64,000 nucleotides of DNA from Pseudomonadota bacterium (GCA_021295775.1 JAGWBS010000010.1:45411-109410), one strand, 5' to 3'; positions 38,850-48,509 are shown, numbered from the stretch's first letter. The notes: generated by a model not told the origin, from the sequence alone. A program made the numbers and translations.

Positions 38850-39994
38850 TGAGCGATCGCAGCTTTGCCGGACGGACGGCCATCGTCGGCATCGCGACCA
38901 GCGACTTCCGCGCGCTCTACGGCCGCGATCCGGAGCGTACGCGGGAAGAACTGGCGACCCACGCGATCCGCGGCGCGCTCGAGGACGCCGGTCTCGAAAA
39001 GAGCCGGATCGACGGCCTGGTCACCGGCGGAACCTCCCACTACGAGCCGATCGCCTACCGGGCAGGCCTGACGGACGTGCGCTTCGTGGCCGACTATCCC
39101 TCGGCCGGCCGCATGTGCGCGGTTGCGCTGATGCACGCGGCCATGGCGGTCGAGCACAGTCTGGCCAACTACGTGGTGCTGTTCAACTCGGTCTGCTTCC
39201 GTTCGCAGCAGAACCGCTTCGGCTACAGCTCGGGCTCGACCGGTCTGATGTACGAGTCGGTCTACGGAATGGCGTCGCCCGGCGCCCAATACTCGATGGC
39301 GTTCACGCGCTACCAGCACCTCTACGGCGGCAGCGAGGCGCAGCTGGGGGCGTTCGCGCTGGCCTTCCGCAAGCACGCGCGGCTCAACCCGGTCGCGATC
39401 ATGCAGGACGAGCTGACGCTCGACGACTACCTGGCCGCGCGCTACATCGCGCGGCCCCTGCGTCTTTTCGACTACTGCCTGGTCAACGACGGCGCGGTGG
39501 CGTACATCGTGACCAGCGCGGAGCGGGCGCGGGACCTGCGGCACAAGCCGGTGCTGATCGGAGGCACCGCCGAGCGCGCCAATTTCCGCGAGTGGTACGT
39601 CGACCTGGAGTTCTGGGCCGACGCCTGCGGCTCGATGAAGCGCGACCTGCTGGATCCGCTGGGCGTGACGACCGCCGACATCGACTGCCTGCAGGTCTAC
39701 GACAACTTCAGCCCGTCCGTGCTCTGGGGGCTGGAGGGCTTCGGGTTCGCGCCGCGCGGCGAGGGGCTCGACTGGATTCAGGACGGGCGCATCGAGCTGG
39801 GCGGCGAACTGCCCGTCAACACCAGCGGCGGCCTCATCAGCGAGGCCTACCTGCAGGGCTGGAACCAGCACGCCGAGGCCGTACGGCAGCTTCGGGGCGA
39901 GGCCGGCGCGCGCCAGGTGCCCGACTGCAAGCGCGTGCTGTACTGGTGCCTGTCCGCGCTTCCCAACGCGTCGCTGCTGTACGCGGACGACTGA
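38849..39994 (+). CDS. thiolase-like lipid-transfer (SCP-x / Ltp-type) protein
   Basis: 381 aa from MSDRSFAGRTAIVGIATSDF. C-terminal NTSGGLISEAY motif. Followed by a DUF35 OB-fold partner. Confidence 0.85.
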   Translation: MSDRSFAGRTAIVGIATSDFRALYGRDPERTREELATHAIRGALEDAGLEKSRIDGLVTGGTSHYEPIAYRAGLTDVRFVADYPSAGRMCAVALMHAAMAVEHSLANYVVLFNSVCFRSQQNRFGYSSGSTGLMYESVYGMASPGAQYSMAFTRYQHLYGGSEAQLGAFALAFRKHARLNPVAIMQDELTLDDYLAARYIARPLRLFDYCLVNDGAVAYIVTSAERARDLRHKPVLIGGTAERANFREWYVDLEFWADACGSMKRDLLDPLGVTTADIDCLQVYDNFSPSVLWGLEGFGFAPRGEGLDWIQDGRIELGGELPVNTSGGLISEAYLQGWNQHAEAVRQLRGEAGARQVPDCKRVLYWCLSALPNASLLYADD

Positions 39995-40004
39995 GGAATC
40001 GAGC

Positions 40005-40436
40005 TTGGCCTACGACAAGCCGCTGCCGGTCCCTACGCGCGAAGACCGACCGTTCTGGGAAGCGGCCCGGGAGCACCGCTTCGTGCTGCCGCGCTGTCGC
40101 GAGTGCGGGCACGTCTGGTTTCCGCCCTACGAATCCTGCCAGCGCTGTCTGTCCTTCGAGCGGGAGTGGTTCGAGGCCAGCGAGCGGGGCGTCGTCTGGG
40201 GCTACACCCTCATGCAGCAGCCCTACGTCCCGGGCTACCGCGACGAGCTGCCCTACAACGTCGTGCTGGTGGAGCTCGAGGAGGGCCCGATGGTCTACAG
40301 CAATCTGGTGGGAGTCCCCGACGACGAGATCCGGCCGGGTCTGGCGGTCGAAGCGGTCTTCGAGGACGTGACCGAGGAGTTCACGCTGATCCGCTTCCGC
40401 CGGGCGGAAGAGCCCAGCGGGCGCGATCGAACCTGA
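40005..40436 (+). CDS. DUF35 Zn-ribbon/OB-fold protein (thiolase partner)
   Basis: 143 aa. Rubredoxin-like CRECGHVWFPPYESCQRC followed by an OB-fold region. TTG start. Confidence 0.8.
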   Translation: MAYDKPLPVPTREDRPFWEAAREHRFVLPRCRECGHVWFPPYESCQRCLSFEREWFEASERGVVWGYTLMQQPYVPGYRDELPYNVVLVELEEGPMVYSNLVGVPDDEIRPGLAVEAVFEDVTEEFTLIRFRRAEEPSGRDRT

Positions 40437-40476
40437 GGCCCCGCCGGAATCCGGTAAGAGCGCTACCGGGACCGCT

Positions 40477-41025
40477 CTAAGCACCCGCTGCGGCGGGAGC
40501 GAACGCGCTGCAGACGTCCTCCCAGGAGCCTCGCGCCCGCAGCAGGATCTCCACCATTTCGCGGATCGCCCCGCGCCCGCCGCGACACGAGAGCACCCGG
40601 TCCACGGCCGCGCGAACCGGCTCGACGGCGTCGCCCGGGGAGAAGCTCAGCCCACAGCGGGCCAGGATCGCCAGATCGGGCAGGTCGTCGCCGGCGAAGG
40701 CGACCTGTTCCGGGCGGACGGCGTGCTCCTCTAGAAAGGCGTCGAAGGCCCGGCCCTTGTCCGCCGCACCGCCGACGAAGGCGTCGAGCCCGAGTTCGCG
40801 CGCCCGGCGCTCGGCGGGGATCGAGGCGCGTCCGGAAAGCAGGCCGACCCGGAGGCCGGCTCGCTGCGCGAGCTGGAAGCCGAGTCCGTCGCGCGCGTCG
40901 AAGCGCAGCAGGCGGTGCCCGCGGTCGTCGTAGTACAGGCCGCCGTCAGTGAGGACGCCGTCTACGTCGCAAAGCAGCCATTCGAGTTCCAGTGCGCGCC
41001 GCAGGAACTCTTCCGCCTCTCCCAC
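40477..41025 (-). CDS. kdsC: 3-deoxy-D-manno-octulosonate 8-phosphate phosphatase (HAD-IIIA)
   Basis: 182 aa with LLCDVDGVLTDGGLYY ... GDDLPD. Lies next to kdsA. Confidence 0.85.
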   Translation of the reverse strand: MGEAEEFLRRALELEWLLCDVDGVLTDGGLYYDDRGHRLLRFDARDGLGFQLAQRAGLRVGLLSGRASIPAERRARELGLDAFVGGAADKGRAFDAFLEEHAVRPEQVAFAGDDLPDLAILARCGLSFSPGDAVEPVRAAVDRVLSCRGGRGAIREMVEILLRARGSWEDVCSAFAPAAAGA

Positions 41026-41026
41026 C

Positions 41027-41899
41027 TCAGTCCGGCTCCGCGAGCAAGCGGTGCAGCCGGCGCAGCTGCCGGACGAGCCCGAAGGCGCGCTCCGGGGGGA
41101 GTTGGGTCGTGCCGTCGGACAGCGCGCGGGAGGGGTCGGGATGCACTTCCATGTACACCCCGTCGGCCCCGGCCGAGACCGCCGCCCGCGCCAGCGGCTC
41201 CGCGAACTGGCGGGCGCCGCCGGACTGCGGACCGCCGCCGGGCCGCTGGACCGAGTGGGTCACGTCGTAGATCACCGGCAGTCCCAGCGACTGCAGGATC
41301 GAAAACGAGCGCATGTCCACCACCAGATCGTGGTAGCCAAAGGTGCTGCCGCGCTCCGTGACGACCACCCGCGGGTTTCCGCTGCGCTGCGCCTTCTCGG
41401 CGGCGCGCGCCATGTCCTCGGGGGCCATGAACTGGCCTTTCTTGAGGTTGACCGTGCGGCCGGTCTCGGCCGCGGCCACCACCAGGTCGGTCTGTCGGCA
41501 CAGGAATCCGGGCACCTGGAGCACGTCGCAGACCTCGGCGGCCCGCTCGCACTGCCACGGCTCGTGCACGTCGGTCAGGATCGGAAGGCCGCTGTCCTGC
41601 TTGACCGCCTCCAGGATGTGCAGGCCCTTCTCGAGCCCGACCCCCCGGAAGCTGTCGAAGGAGCTGCGGTTGGCCTTGTCGAACGATGCCTTGAAGACCA
41701 CTCCGCCGTCGCTCTCGCGCGCCAGCTCGGCCAGGGCGCGGGCCATCGCGAGCGTGGTCTGCTCGCTCTCGATGGCACAGGGACCGGCGATCAGGGGCAG
41801 CGTTTGGCTGCCCAGGCTCACCCCCGGAGCCAGATCCCAGCTCGCTCGACCGTCCCCGCGGCGCGCGTCATCCATTCCGTCAGCAGTCTGGTTTCCCAC
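41027..41899 (-). CDS. kdsA: 3-deoxy-8-phosphooctulonate synthase
   Basis: Motifs LIAGPCAIES, FKASFDKANRSS, LTDVHE, QVPGFLCRQTDL and THSVQ. The true start may lie downstream of 41899. Confidence 0.9.
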   Translation of the reverse strand: MGNQTADGMDDARRGDGRASWDLAPGVSLGSQTLPLIAGPCAIESEQTTLAMARALAELARESDGGVVFKASFDKANRSSFDSFRGVGLEKGLHILEAVKQDSGLPILTDVHEPWQCERAAEVCDVLQVPGFLCRQTDLVVAAAETGRTVNLKKGQFMAPEDMARAAEKAQRSGNPRVVVTERGSTFGYHDLVVDMRSFSILQSLGLPVIYDVTHSVQRPGGGPQSGGARQFAEPLARAAVSAGADGVYMEVHPDPSRALSDGTTQLPPERAFGLVRQLRRLHRLLAEPD

Positions 41900-42008
41900 C
41901 CGGGCCTGTGGAAGCGCAAGACAGTTCGTCGGAAATCGATGCGCCCGCCACCATTCGACGAGGCCTCGTACTCGGGATCGTAACGCGGCCCCCGGGACAG
42001 CGCCGGGT

Positions 42009-42716
42009 CTAGCCCAGGTGCGCGCGGAGGAACGACTTCAATTCGCTCCAGGAATCGGCCGCCGCGGACTCGTGGTAGGAGTCGCGCTCGTCGCAGAAGA
42101 ATCCGTGATCCGCGCCCGGGTAGACCTTCAGATCGTGCCCGATTCCCAGCTCTCCGAGCCGGGCGCCGATCTGCTCGACCTGATCCAGCGGGATGTAGTC
42201 GTCCTTCTCGCCGAAGAAGAGGTACAGGGGGCAGCGGATGGCGGACGCCGCGTCGAGATGGGCGACGATTCCCCCGCCGTAGAACGGAGCCGAGCAGGCG
42301 ATGCGCCCGGGCAGGGCGCAGGCGCTGAGGAAGCTCAGCCGGCCGCCCATGCAAAAGCCGGTCACCCCGACCCGATCGGTCGTATCCTCCCGCGAATCCA
42401 GGTAGTCCAGCGCCGCTTGCATGTCCGAGACGAACGACTCGTCGTCCAGTCTGGACATGGCGCCGATCGCGCCTTCCATGTCGTCGTAGCCGAAGGCGCT
42501 TTTCTCGGGCAGCAGCCGGTAGTAGAGGTCCGGGGCGATCGCGACGTAGCCCTCGGCCGCGATGCGCTCGGCGACGCGCTCGATGTTTCCGACCAGGCCG
42601 AAGGCCTCGACCAGCACCACCACGGCCGGATGGCGGCCGGTGTCCGGCGCGGCCGCGTACGCCGGCATGCGGCCGTCGGGAGTGGGGATCTCGATGCGCG
42701 AACTCGAAACGGACAT
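42009..42716 (-). CDS. dienelactone hydrolase family protein
   Basis: 235 aa from MSVSSSRIEIPTPDG. Nucleophile elbow GFCMGG and C-terminal YPGADHGF. Confidence 0.85.
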   Translation of the reverse strand: MSVSSSRIEIPTPDGRMPAYAAAPDTGRHPAVVVLVEAFGLVGNIERVAERIAAEGYVAIAPDLYYRLLPEKSAFGYDDMEGAIGAMSRLDDESFVSDMQAALDYLDSREDTTDRVGVTGFCMGGRLSFLSACALPGRIACSAPFYGGGIVAHLDAASAIRCPLYLFFGEKDDYIPLDQVEQIGARLGELGIGHDLKVYPGADHGFFCDERDSYHESAAADSWSELKSFLRAHLG

Positions 42717-42907
42717 GACGGACCTCCGGGCGTGGGCTGGGCGGATTATGCACTTCCGGCGGCCGCCCGGGTGAGCGCTCCCCGCCCGCTTGACGCCCGC
42801 CGCGGCCGGGGGTTTCATGGGCCGTCACCCGCCCGGAGCGCCGCCGGCGCATGGAACGCGCCCGCCGAAACCCGCTCGGGGTTCAGATCCAATCGACGGA
42901 CCCGCAC

Positions 42908-44422
42908 ATGACCAGCCTCTACGACGTCATCCGCAGCCACGCCGACTCTGTCCCGGACAAGCTCGCGATCATCTCGGAACTCGACGGCGAGCGCAGCTAC
43001 TCGCAGCTCGCCGAGCGCGGCGCCCAACTCGGCCACGCGCTGGCGGGCGAGTTGGGGCTGGGGGTGGGCGAGCGCGTCTGCGTCTGGATGGTGAACCGGC
43101 CGGAGTGGGTCGATGCCTCGGTGGCCTGCGCCGCCGCCGGCCTGCCCACCGTCCCGACCAACCCCGAGTGGACCGACGGCGAGTTGGAGTTCGTGCTGCG
43201 TCACTCGCGCAGCCGCGCGGTCGTCTGCGACACCAGCCTGGCGGAACGGGCGCTGCAGCTCCGCGGGCGGATCGAGGGGCTGGATCACGTCATCGTGGTG
43301 GGCGAAGACGTTCCGAAGGAGGCGCGGTCGATCGAGGCGCTGATCGAGCAGGCTCCCGCGGACGCGGGCGGGCGCCTGCCCGAGATTCCCGATTTCGTAC
43401 CGGGGCAGCTCATGTACACCTCGGGAACCACGACCGGCCGCCCGAAGGCCGTGCAGATGGCGCGCGAGATGCTGCTGACCTCGGTGGACTACGAGGAAAT
43501 GTTCGGCTGCGGCGCGTCGGACCGCTCGCTCTTCGTGACCCCGCTGTTCCACGGAAACGGCTCCGGCGGCCTCACCTGCACGCTCCGCTACGGCGGCTCG
43601 GCCGTGTTCCAGCGCCGCTTCTCCGCGTCGTCTTTCTGGAATCTGGTCGACCGCACGCGGCCGAGCCTGCTGTTCACCCTGGCGCCGATCGTGAACATCC
43701 TGCTGGGACTGCCCCCTTCGCCGTTCGACCGCCAGCACGGCATGCGCCTGTTCGTGGCCCTGGGCTCGGGTCCCAACGCCGAAGTCATGGAAGAGCGCTA
43801 CGGCGTGCCAGTGATCGACTGGTACGGGATGTCCGAGGCGGGCTCGGGGACCTACACCCGCCTGGACGAGGAGCGCCGGCCCGGTTCCGCCGGCCGGCCC
43901 TTCGAAGGCTCCGCCATGGCGATCCTGCGCGAGGACGGTTCGCGCTGCGAGACGGGCGAGACGGGCGAAGTCTGCTTCCACGCCGAGTCGATCGGCTTTG
44001 ACGGCTACGTGGAGGACCGGGAAGCCACCGATCTGGCTCTGACCGACGGGTACTTCCACACTGGCGACCTCGGCTACTTCGACCGGGACGGATATTTCTT
44101 CTTCGTCGACCGCATCAAGGACATCGTGCGTCGCGGCGGCGAGAACATCTCCAGCCTGGAAGTCGAGTCGTATCTCCGCTCGCATCCCAAGGTGGCCGAC
44201 ATCGCGATCGTGGGAAAGCCCGACCCGGTGCTGGGAGAGCGGCTGGTCGCGTTCGTGGCACCGACCCAGGGCACGCAGGGCCCCAGCGCCGCGGATCTGG
44301 CCGAGTTCGCCGCCGGCGGGCTGGCGCAGTTCAAGATCCCCGAGGAAGTGCACGCCGTCGACGAGCTGCCGCGCACGCCCACCGGCAAAATCCAGAAGTT
44401 CAAGCTGCGCGAACTCCTCTAG
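42908..44422 (+). CDS. AMP-dependent acyl-CoA synthetase/ligase
   Basis: 504 aa from MTSLYDVIRSH. AMP-binding motif MYTSGTTGRPKAV, then later GDLGYFDRDGYFFFVDRIKD and PRTPTGKIQK. Confidence 0.9.
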   Translation: MTSLYDVIRSHADSVPDKLAIISELDGERSYSQLAERGAQLGHALAGELGLGVGERVCVWMVNRPEWVDASVACAAAGLPTVPTNPEWTDGELEFVLRHSRSRAVVCDTSLAERALQLRGRIEGLDHVIVVGEDVPKEARSIEALIEQAPADAGGRLPEIPDFVPGQLMYTSGTTTGRPKAVQMAREMLLTSVDYEEMFGCGASDRSLFVTPLFHGNGSGGLTCTLRYGGSAVFQRRFSASSFWNLVDRTRPSLLFTLAPIVNILLGLPPSPFDRQHGMRLFVALGSGPNAEVMEERYGVPVIDWYGMSEAGSGTYTRLDEERRPGSAGRPFEGSAMAILREDGSRCETGETGEVCFHAESIGFDGYVEDREATDLALTDGYFHTGDLGYFDRDGYFFFVDRIKDIVRRGGENISSLEVESYLRSHPKVADIAIVGKPDPVLGERLVAFVAPTQGTQGPSAADLAEFAAGGLAQFKIPEEVHAVDELPRTPTGKIQKFKLRELL

Positions 44423-45675
44423 TCCGGGCGGGGCGCGTCCGAGGACTCGCCCAGGGGAATCCCGCGCGTCTCCGGAATCACCCAGATCAGCGCGGGCAGG
44501 GCGATCAGGTTGGTGACGGCCAGGATCGAGACCGCTTCGGAGGTGCTGCCCAGCCGCGCGGCCAGCGCGCCGACGGCGGCGGGGGCCAGCACCATCCCCC
44601 AGCGCCCCAGCAGGTTGTGGGTCAGCCCGCTCGCGCTCGCCCGCAGCTCGGTGGAGAAGAGCTCCACCGTCAGGGTATGGGCGATCGACCAGACTCCCTG
44701 AAGCATCTGCAGGGCGATCCAGCACCCCCCGACGACCCAGTCGGACGTCGCCTGGTAACACGCGATCGCGGCGGCGGCCCCCACCAGGACGAAGCTCGCG
44801 GCGGCGCCGCGGCGGCCCACGCGGTCCATCATCCATCCGGCGAGCACATGGCCCAGGAAGCCGAAGGGCAGGGCGAGCGGCATCAGGATCCGCAGGGAGT
44901 CGGCCGTCCAGCCGCGTTCGTTGAACACGTAGTAGGTGAAGAAGAACCCCGTGCTGGCGGCCCAGAAGTTGAGCGCGAACCAGATCGAGGTCATGGCCAG
45001 AAAACGCGTGCGGTGACGCGGTTGCCACAGCCGGAGCAGCTCGGAGAGCAGTCTTCGCCTCGTTCCCCTGGCCGCGCTGCGAACGAACAGGGGAGGCTCC
45101 CGGACCCGCCACCAGATCAGGGGCCACAGCAGCAAGGGGGCGGCGCCCAGCCCGAACAGACCGCGCCAGCCCAGCCGGCTGCGCTCGAAGAGGGGCAGGA
45201 AGAGCGCCGGCGCCACCGCCCCGACGTTGGCGAAGGCGCTGAGCAGCCCGTTCGCCCGGCCGCGGCGGGCCGCGGGAAGCTCCTCGCCCAGGATCACGTA
45301 GGCCAGTGCGAGCTGCGTCACCATCAGCAGGCGCGCCCCGAACTGCAGCGTCTGAAATTGCCCCAGACTGGCGGAGAATGCCGTCGCCAGCGTGAGCAGG
45401 GCGTAGCCGCCCAGGGAGATCAGCAGCATCGGCCGGCGCCCGAAGCGGTCCGCCAGCCGGATCGCGAAGAAGGCAGGCACCGTGCCCAGGCTCACGATCG
45501 ACAGCACGCGGCCGAGCCGGGCGGGCCCGGCGCCGAACTCGTCGCCCAGATAGGGCAGGACCATCCCGGCCAGGGCGGTGTCAAAGCCCTCGAAGAGTGT
45601 CGCTCCCGACAGCAGGCCGAGTAGGATGCGGTGGTCGCGGCTCAGATTCGCCGCCTCGGCTGGTGGGCTGCGCAT
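44419..45675 (-). CDS. MFS transporter
   Basis: 418 aa with about 12 TM segments and an MFS loop motif (LADRFGRRP). Its stop shares the CTAG tetranucleotide (44419-44422) with the convergent ligase gene. Confidence 0.85.
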   Translation of the reverse strand: MRSPPAEAANLSRDHRILLGLLSGATLFEGFDTALAGMVLPYLGDEFGAGPARLGRVLSIVSLGTVPAFFAIRLADRFGRRPMLLISLGGYALLTLATAFSASLGQFQTLQFGARLLMVTQLALAYVILGEELPAARRGRANGLLSAFANVGAVAPALFLPLFERSRLGWRGLFGLGAAPLLLWPLIWWRVREPPLFVRSAARGTRRRLLSELLRLWQPRHRTRFLAMTSIWFALNFWAASTGFFFTYYVFNERGWTADSLRILMPLALPFGFLGHVLAGWMMDRVGRRGAAASFVLVGAAAAIACYQATSDWVVGGCWIALQMLQGVWSIAHTLTVELFSTELRASASGLTHNLLGRWGMVLAPAAVGALAARLGSTSEAVSILAVTNLIALPALIWVIPETRGIPLGESSDAPRPD

Positions 45676-45713
45676 GCGCGCGGGATTCTACAAATTCGCA
45701 GCTGGGGGGGCGG

Positions 45714-46385
45714 ATGATCAAGACGATCGCGCTGATCAAGCGCAGGGACGACATCGGGCGCGATGCGTTCCGGGAGCATTACGAAGACACCCACGCTCCG
45801 CTGGCGCTCACCTACATTCGATCCATGCGGCGCTACGTGCGCAATCACGTCGTCGCCGAGCTCAACGAGGTCGCGCCGGGCTTCGACTGCGCGACCGAGT
45901 TCTGGTACCCGGACCAGGCCGCCATCCAGGAGGTTTTTCAGCTCCTGGCGGGTCCGCGTGGCGAGGCGATCCGCCGGGACGAGCTGACGTTCATGGACAA
46001 GCCCCGCAACGTGTTCTTCGGGGTCGAGGAGCGCTCCGTTCTGGGACCGCCGCGAGACGAGCCCCTGGGAGAGACGCGCAAGATCCTGGCCCTGGTCAGA
46101 CGCCGGCCCGGCGACTCGCGCCGGCGCTTTCTGGCCGAATACGAATCCGGCGCGCTGCGGGCCCTGGTCGAAAGCGGCGATCCGCCGCTGCGCTGTACCC
46201 AGAACGTCGTCCTCCCCGCGGAGACGGACGCTCCCTACGATTGCGCCACATTGCTCTGGTATCGTTCGGACCGGGGGGTCCCCGCCCGGCTCCGGGGCTG
46301 GAGCCCCGACGCGGCGCGTGTCGTCGTGCTGAGCGTCGCGGAATTCGAAACTCCTTCGCACGAACTCGCAAGGGAGAGCCCGTGA
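45714..46385 (+). CDS. EthD-domain protein (two tandem EthD-like halves)
   Basis: 223 aa from MIKTIALIKRRDDIGRDAFREHYEDTHAPL. The second half (ILALVRRRPGDSRRRFLAEYESG) repeats the pattern. A G7 run lies 3 nt upstream of the ATG. Confidence 0.7.
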   Translation: MIKTIALIKRRDDIGRDAFREHYEDTHAPLALTYIRSMRRYVRNHVVAELNEVAPGFDCATEFWYPDQAAIQEVFQLLAGPRGEAIRRDELTFMDKPRNVFFGVEERSVLGPPRDEPLGETRKILALVRRRPGDSRRRFLAEYESGALRALVESGDPPLRCTQNVVLPAETDAPYDCATLLWYRSDRGVPARLRGWSPDAARVVVLSVAEFETPSHELARESP

Positions 46386-47743
46386 TGCCCTCGATGACGA
46401 GAAGACAGTTGGTCGTCTCCGGTCTGGTCGGTTGCCTCAGCGTGCCCCGGGCCATGCAGGCCGCGGCGCCCGGCGGCGCCGGTGGATCCCGGCGGCTTCA
46501 GGCGCCCGCCCCTGGCGGGGCCGGCGGCGGGTCCGGCCCCGCGGCGGGACCGTCGGGCCGAGCGGGCAGCGCCGGCGTTTCCGACAGCGAGATCGTGCTG
46601 GGGATGTCGGCGGTGTTCTCCGGGCCCTCCCGCGGTCTGGGAATCGAGCTCTACCGCGGAGCCGGAGCGTACTTCGAGCACGTGAACCGCAACGGCGGGG
46701 TGAGAGGGCGCAAGCTTGTCCTGCGGACCTACGACGACGGCTACCAGCCCGACCCGTCGGTCGAGAACACCATGAAGCTTCTGCTCGAAGACGACGTGTT
46801 TCTGCTTTTCGGCTACGTGGGCACGCCGACCGTCACCCGCGTCCTGCCCCTGCTCAAGAAGCTCCAGGATTCCAAGGCCTACCTGTTCTTCCCGTTCACC
46901 GGCGCCCAGCCGCAGCGGGAACCTCCCTACGGCGCGTTCGCCTTCAACCTGCGGGCCTCCTACCGCCAGGAGACGGCCGGACTGGTGGACAATTTCGTGC
47001 GCATCGGGAGGAGGCGGATCGCCGTCTTCTACCAGGCCGACGCCTACGGCCGAAGCGGGTGGGCCGGTGTCCGGCGCGCGCTGGAGGGACACGGCCTGGA
47101 TCTCGCCGGCGAAGCCACGTACCGCCGCGGAACCAAGTTCTCCGCCAGCCTGCGCCGTCAGGTCGAGATCCTCAAGCAGTCGAACCCGGACGCCGTGATC
47201 TGCATCGGCGCCTACGCCGCCTGTGCGGCCTTCATCCGCGACTGCGTGGATCTGGGTCTGCACGTACCGATCGCCAACCTCTCGTTCGTGGGCAGCGAGA
47301 ATCTGCTGAATCTGCTGGTCGAGGGGCGGGACGACGCCGAGAAGTACACGCAGCTTCTGGTCAACTCCCAGGTGGTCCCGAGCTACGAGGACACGTCGAT
47401 TCCGGCCGTCCGCGAGTACCGCGACTTCATGCAGCGCTACCGGCCGCAGGTTCCCCGGGAGCTCGTCACGGAGCAGTACACGCCGTTCGAGCACAGCTTC
47501 GTCAGCCTGGAGGGGTTTCTCGACGCCAAGCTGATGGTGGAGATCCTGCGGCGCCTCGGCGACCAGCCCCAGCGGGAGGACCTGGAAGAGGCGATCTTCA
47601 GCGTCCGGGACTACGACCTGGGCATCGGCGAGCGGGTCTCGTTCTCGCCCGACCGGCGGCAGGGTCTGCAACAGGTCTACTACACGGTCGTCGACGACGG
47701 GCGCTTCATGCCCCTGGACGACTGGCAAGGCAGGCTGGCCTAG
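46385..47743 (+). CDS. lipoprotein periplasmic binding protein, Peripla_BP_6 (LivJ-like) family
   Basis: 452 aa. The N-terminus MPSMTRRQLVVSGLVGC has a twin-Arg and a lipobox (LVGC), followed by a Gly/Ala/Pro-rich linker. The core IVLGMSAVFSGPSRGLG...GGVRGRKLVLRTYDDGYQP is paralogous to 16904..18094. Confidence 0.85.
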   Translation: MPSMTRRQLVVSGLVGCLSVPRAMQAAAPGGAGGSRRLQAPAPGGAGGGSGPAAGPSGRAGSAGVSDSEIVLGMSAVFSGPSRGLGIELYRGAGAYFEHVNRNGGVRGRKLVLRTYDDGYQPDPSVENTMKLLLEDDVFLLFGYVGTPTVTRVLPLLKKLQDSKAYLFFPFTGAQPQREPPYGAFAFNLRASYRQETAGLVDNFVRIGRRRIAVFYQADAYGRSGWAGVRRALEGHGLDLAGEATYRRGTKFSASLRRQVEILKQSNPDAVICIGAYAACAAFIRDCVDLGLHVPIANLSFVGSENLLNLLVEGRDDAEKYTQLLVNSQVVPSYEDTSIPAVREYRDFMQRYRPQVPRELVTEQYTPFEHSFVSLEGFLDAKLMVEILRRLGDQPQREDLEEAIFSVRDYDLGIGERVSFSPDRRQGLQQVYYTVVDDGRFMPLDDWQGRLA

Positions 47744-47744
47744 C

Positions 47745-48509
47745 ATGAAAGTCCAGAAGCTTTTTCGCAGGACTCAGTTCGGCATCTTCCTGCTGTTCGG
47801 CTCCATCGCGCTGTCCACCTCGGCGCTGTGCGTGTACACGGTCGACACTCACTTGTCGAAGGAGTACGAAAGCAACAGCAAGGCCATCGCGCAGGTGATC
47901 GCGGACGCCAGCGTCGACATCATGCTCAACCGCGACCTGTCGGCCCTCCAGTCGCTGGTCGACCAGTTCCTGCAGATCCAGGGGATCAAATACATCTACA
48001 TCACGGACGAATCCGGGGAGTTCGTGGCGCACACCTTCGTTCCCGGGATTCCCGCGGAGATCCGGGCGGGCGACCCGCACGACATGACTCCCATCGAGCG
48101 CAGCCTGCCCGGCATGGGCGACTTCGTGGAAGTCGGCAGTCCCATCCTGGCGGGGGTGGCCGGCGCCGTTCGCGTCGGGATGGACACCAGCCTGGTCGCG
48201 CTGAAGATCCAGCAGGCCATCGGCCAGCAGGCCTATCTCATCTCCAGCATCTTCGTGCTGGGCGTGTTCGCGACCGTATGGTTCGTGAACCTGGCCGCGA
48301 AACCGCTGGGGCAGCTCCTGGCCTACGCCGTGCATCTCGCGTCCGGCATCGGCCGGGGAGATGAGTCCGAGCCGGGGGCGGAGTTCGGAGCGCTGCTGGA
48401 GCGCGACGACGAGAGCGGGCAGCTCGCCCGGCTCTTCCAGTATTTTTCCAGGACGGCGGATCCCGGGAAGCTCCAGCGGGATCCGACGCCCGGGGGCGGA
48501 AGCTGGTGA
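47745..48509 (+). CDS. membrane sensor-like protein: TM - periplasmic alpha/beta (PDC/Cache-like) domain - TM - HAMP, no output domain
   Basis: 254 aa. TM1 is FGIFLLFGSIALSTSALCVYTV. Periplasmic IKYIYITDESGEFVAHTF...GAVRVGMD. TM2 is AYLISSIFVLGVFATVWFVNLAA. HAMP-like KPLGQLLAYAVHLASG...DESGQLARLFQYF. The protein then stops. Confidence 0.7.
   Translation: MKVQKLFRRTQFGIFLLFGSIALSTSALCVYTVDTHLSKEYESNSKAIAQVIADASVDIMLNRDLSALQSLVDQFLQIQGIKYIYITDESGEFVAHTFVPGIPAEIRAGDPHDMTPIERSLPGMGDFVEVGSPILAGVAGAVRVGMDTSLVALKIQQAIGQQAYLISSIFVLGVFATVWFVNLAAKPLGQLLAYAVHLASGIGRGDESEPGAEFGALLERDDESGQLARLFQYFSRTADPGKLQRDPTPGGGSW

Noticed and set aside
46457-46590. Repeated GGAGG-rich/Gly-Ala-Pro coding repeat (AAPGGAGGS ... 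APAPGGAGGGS) in the SBP as a DNA tandem repeat element.
   Set aside because: It is an imperfect low-complexity linker directly after the lipobox. This is best explained as a flexible tether of the lipoprotein, not a discrete repeat element.
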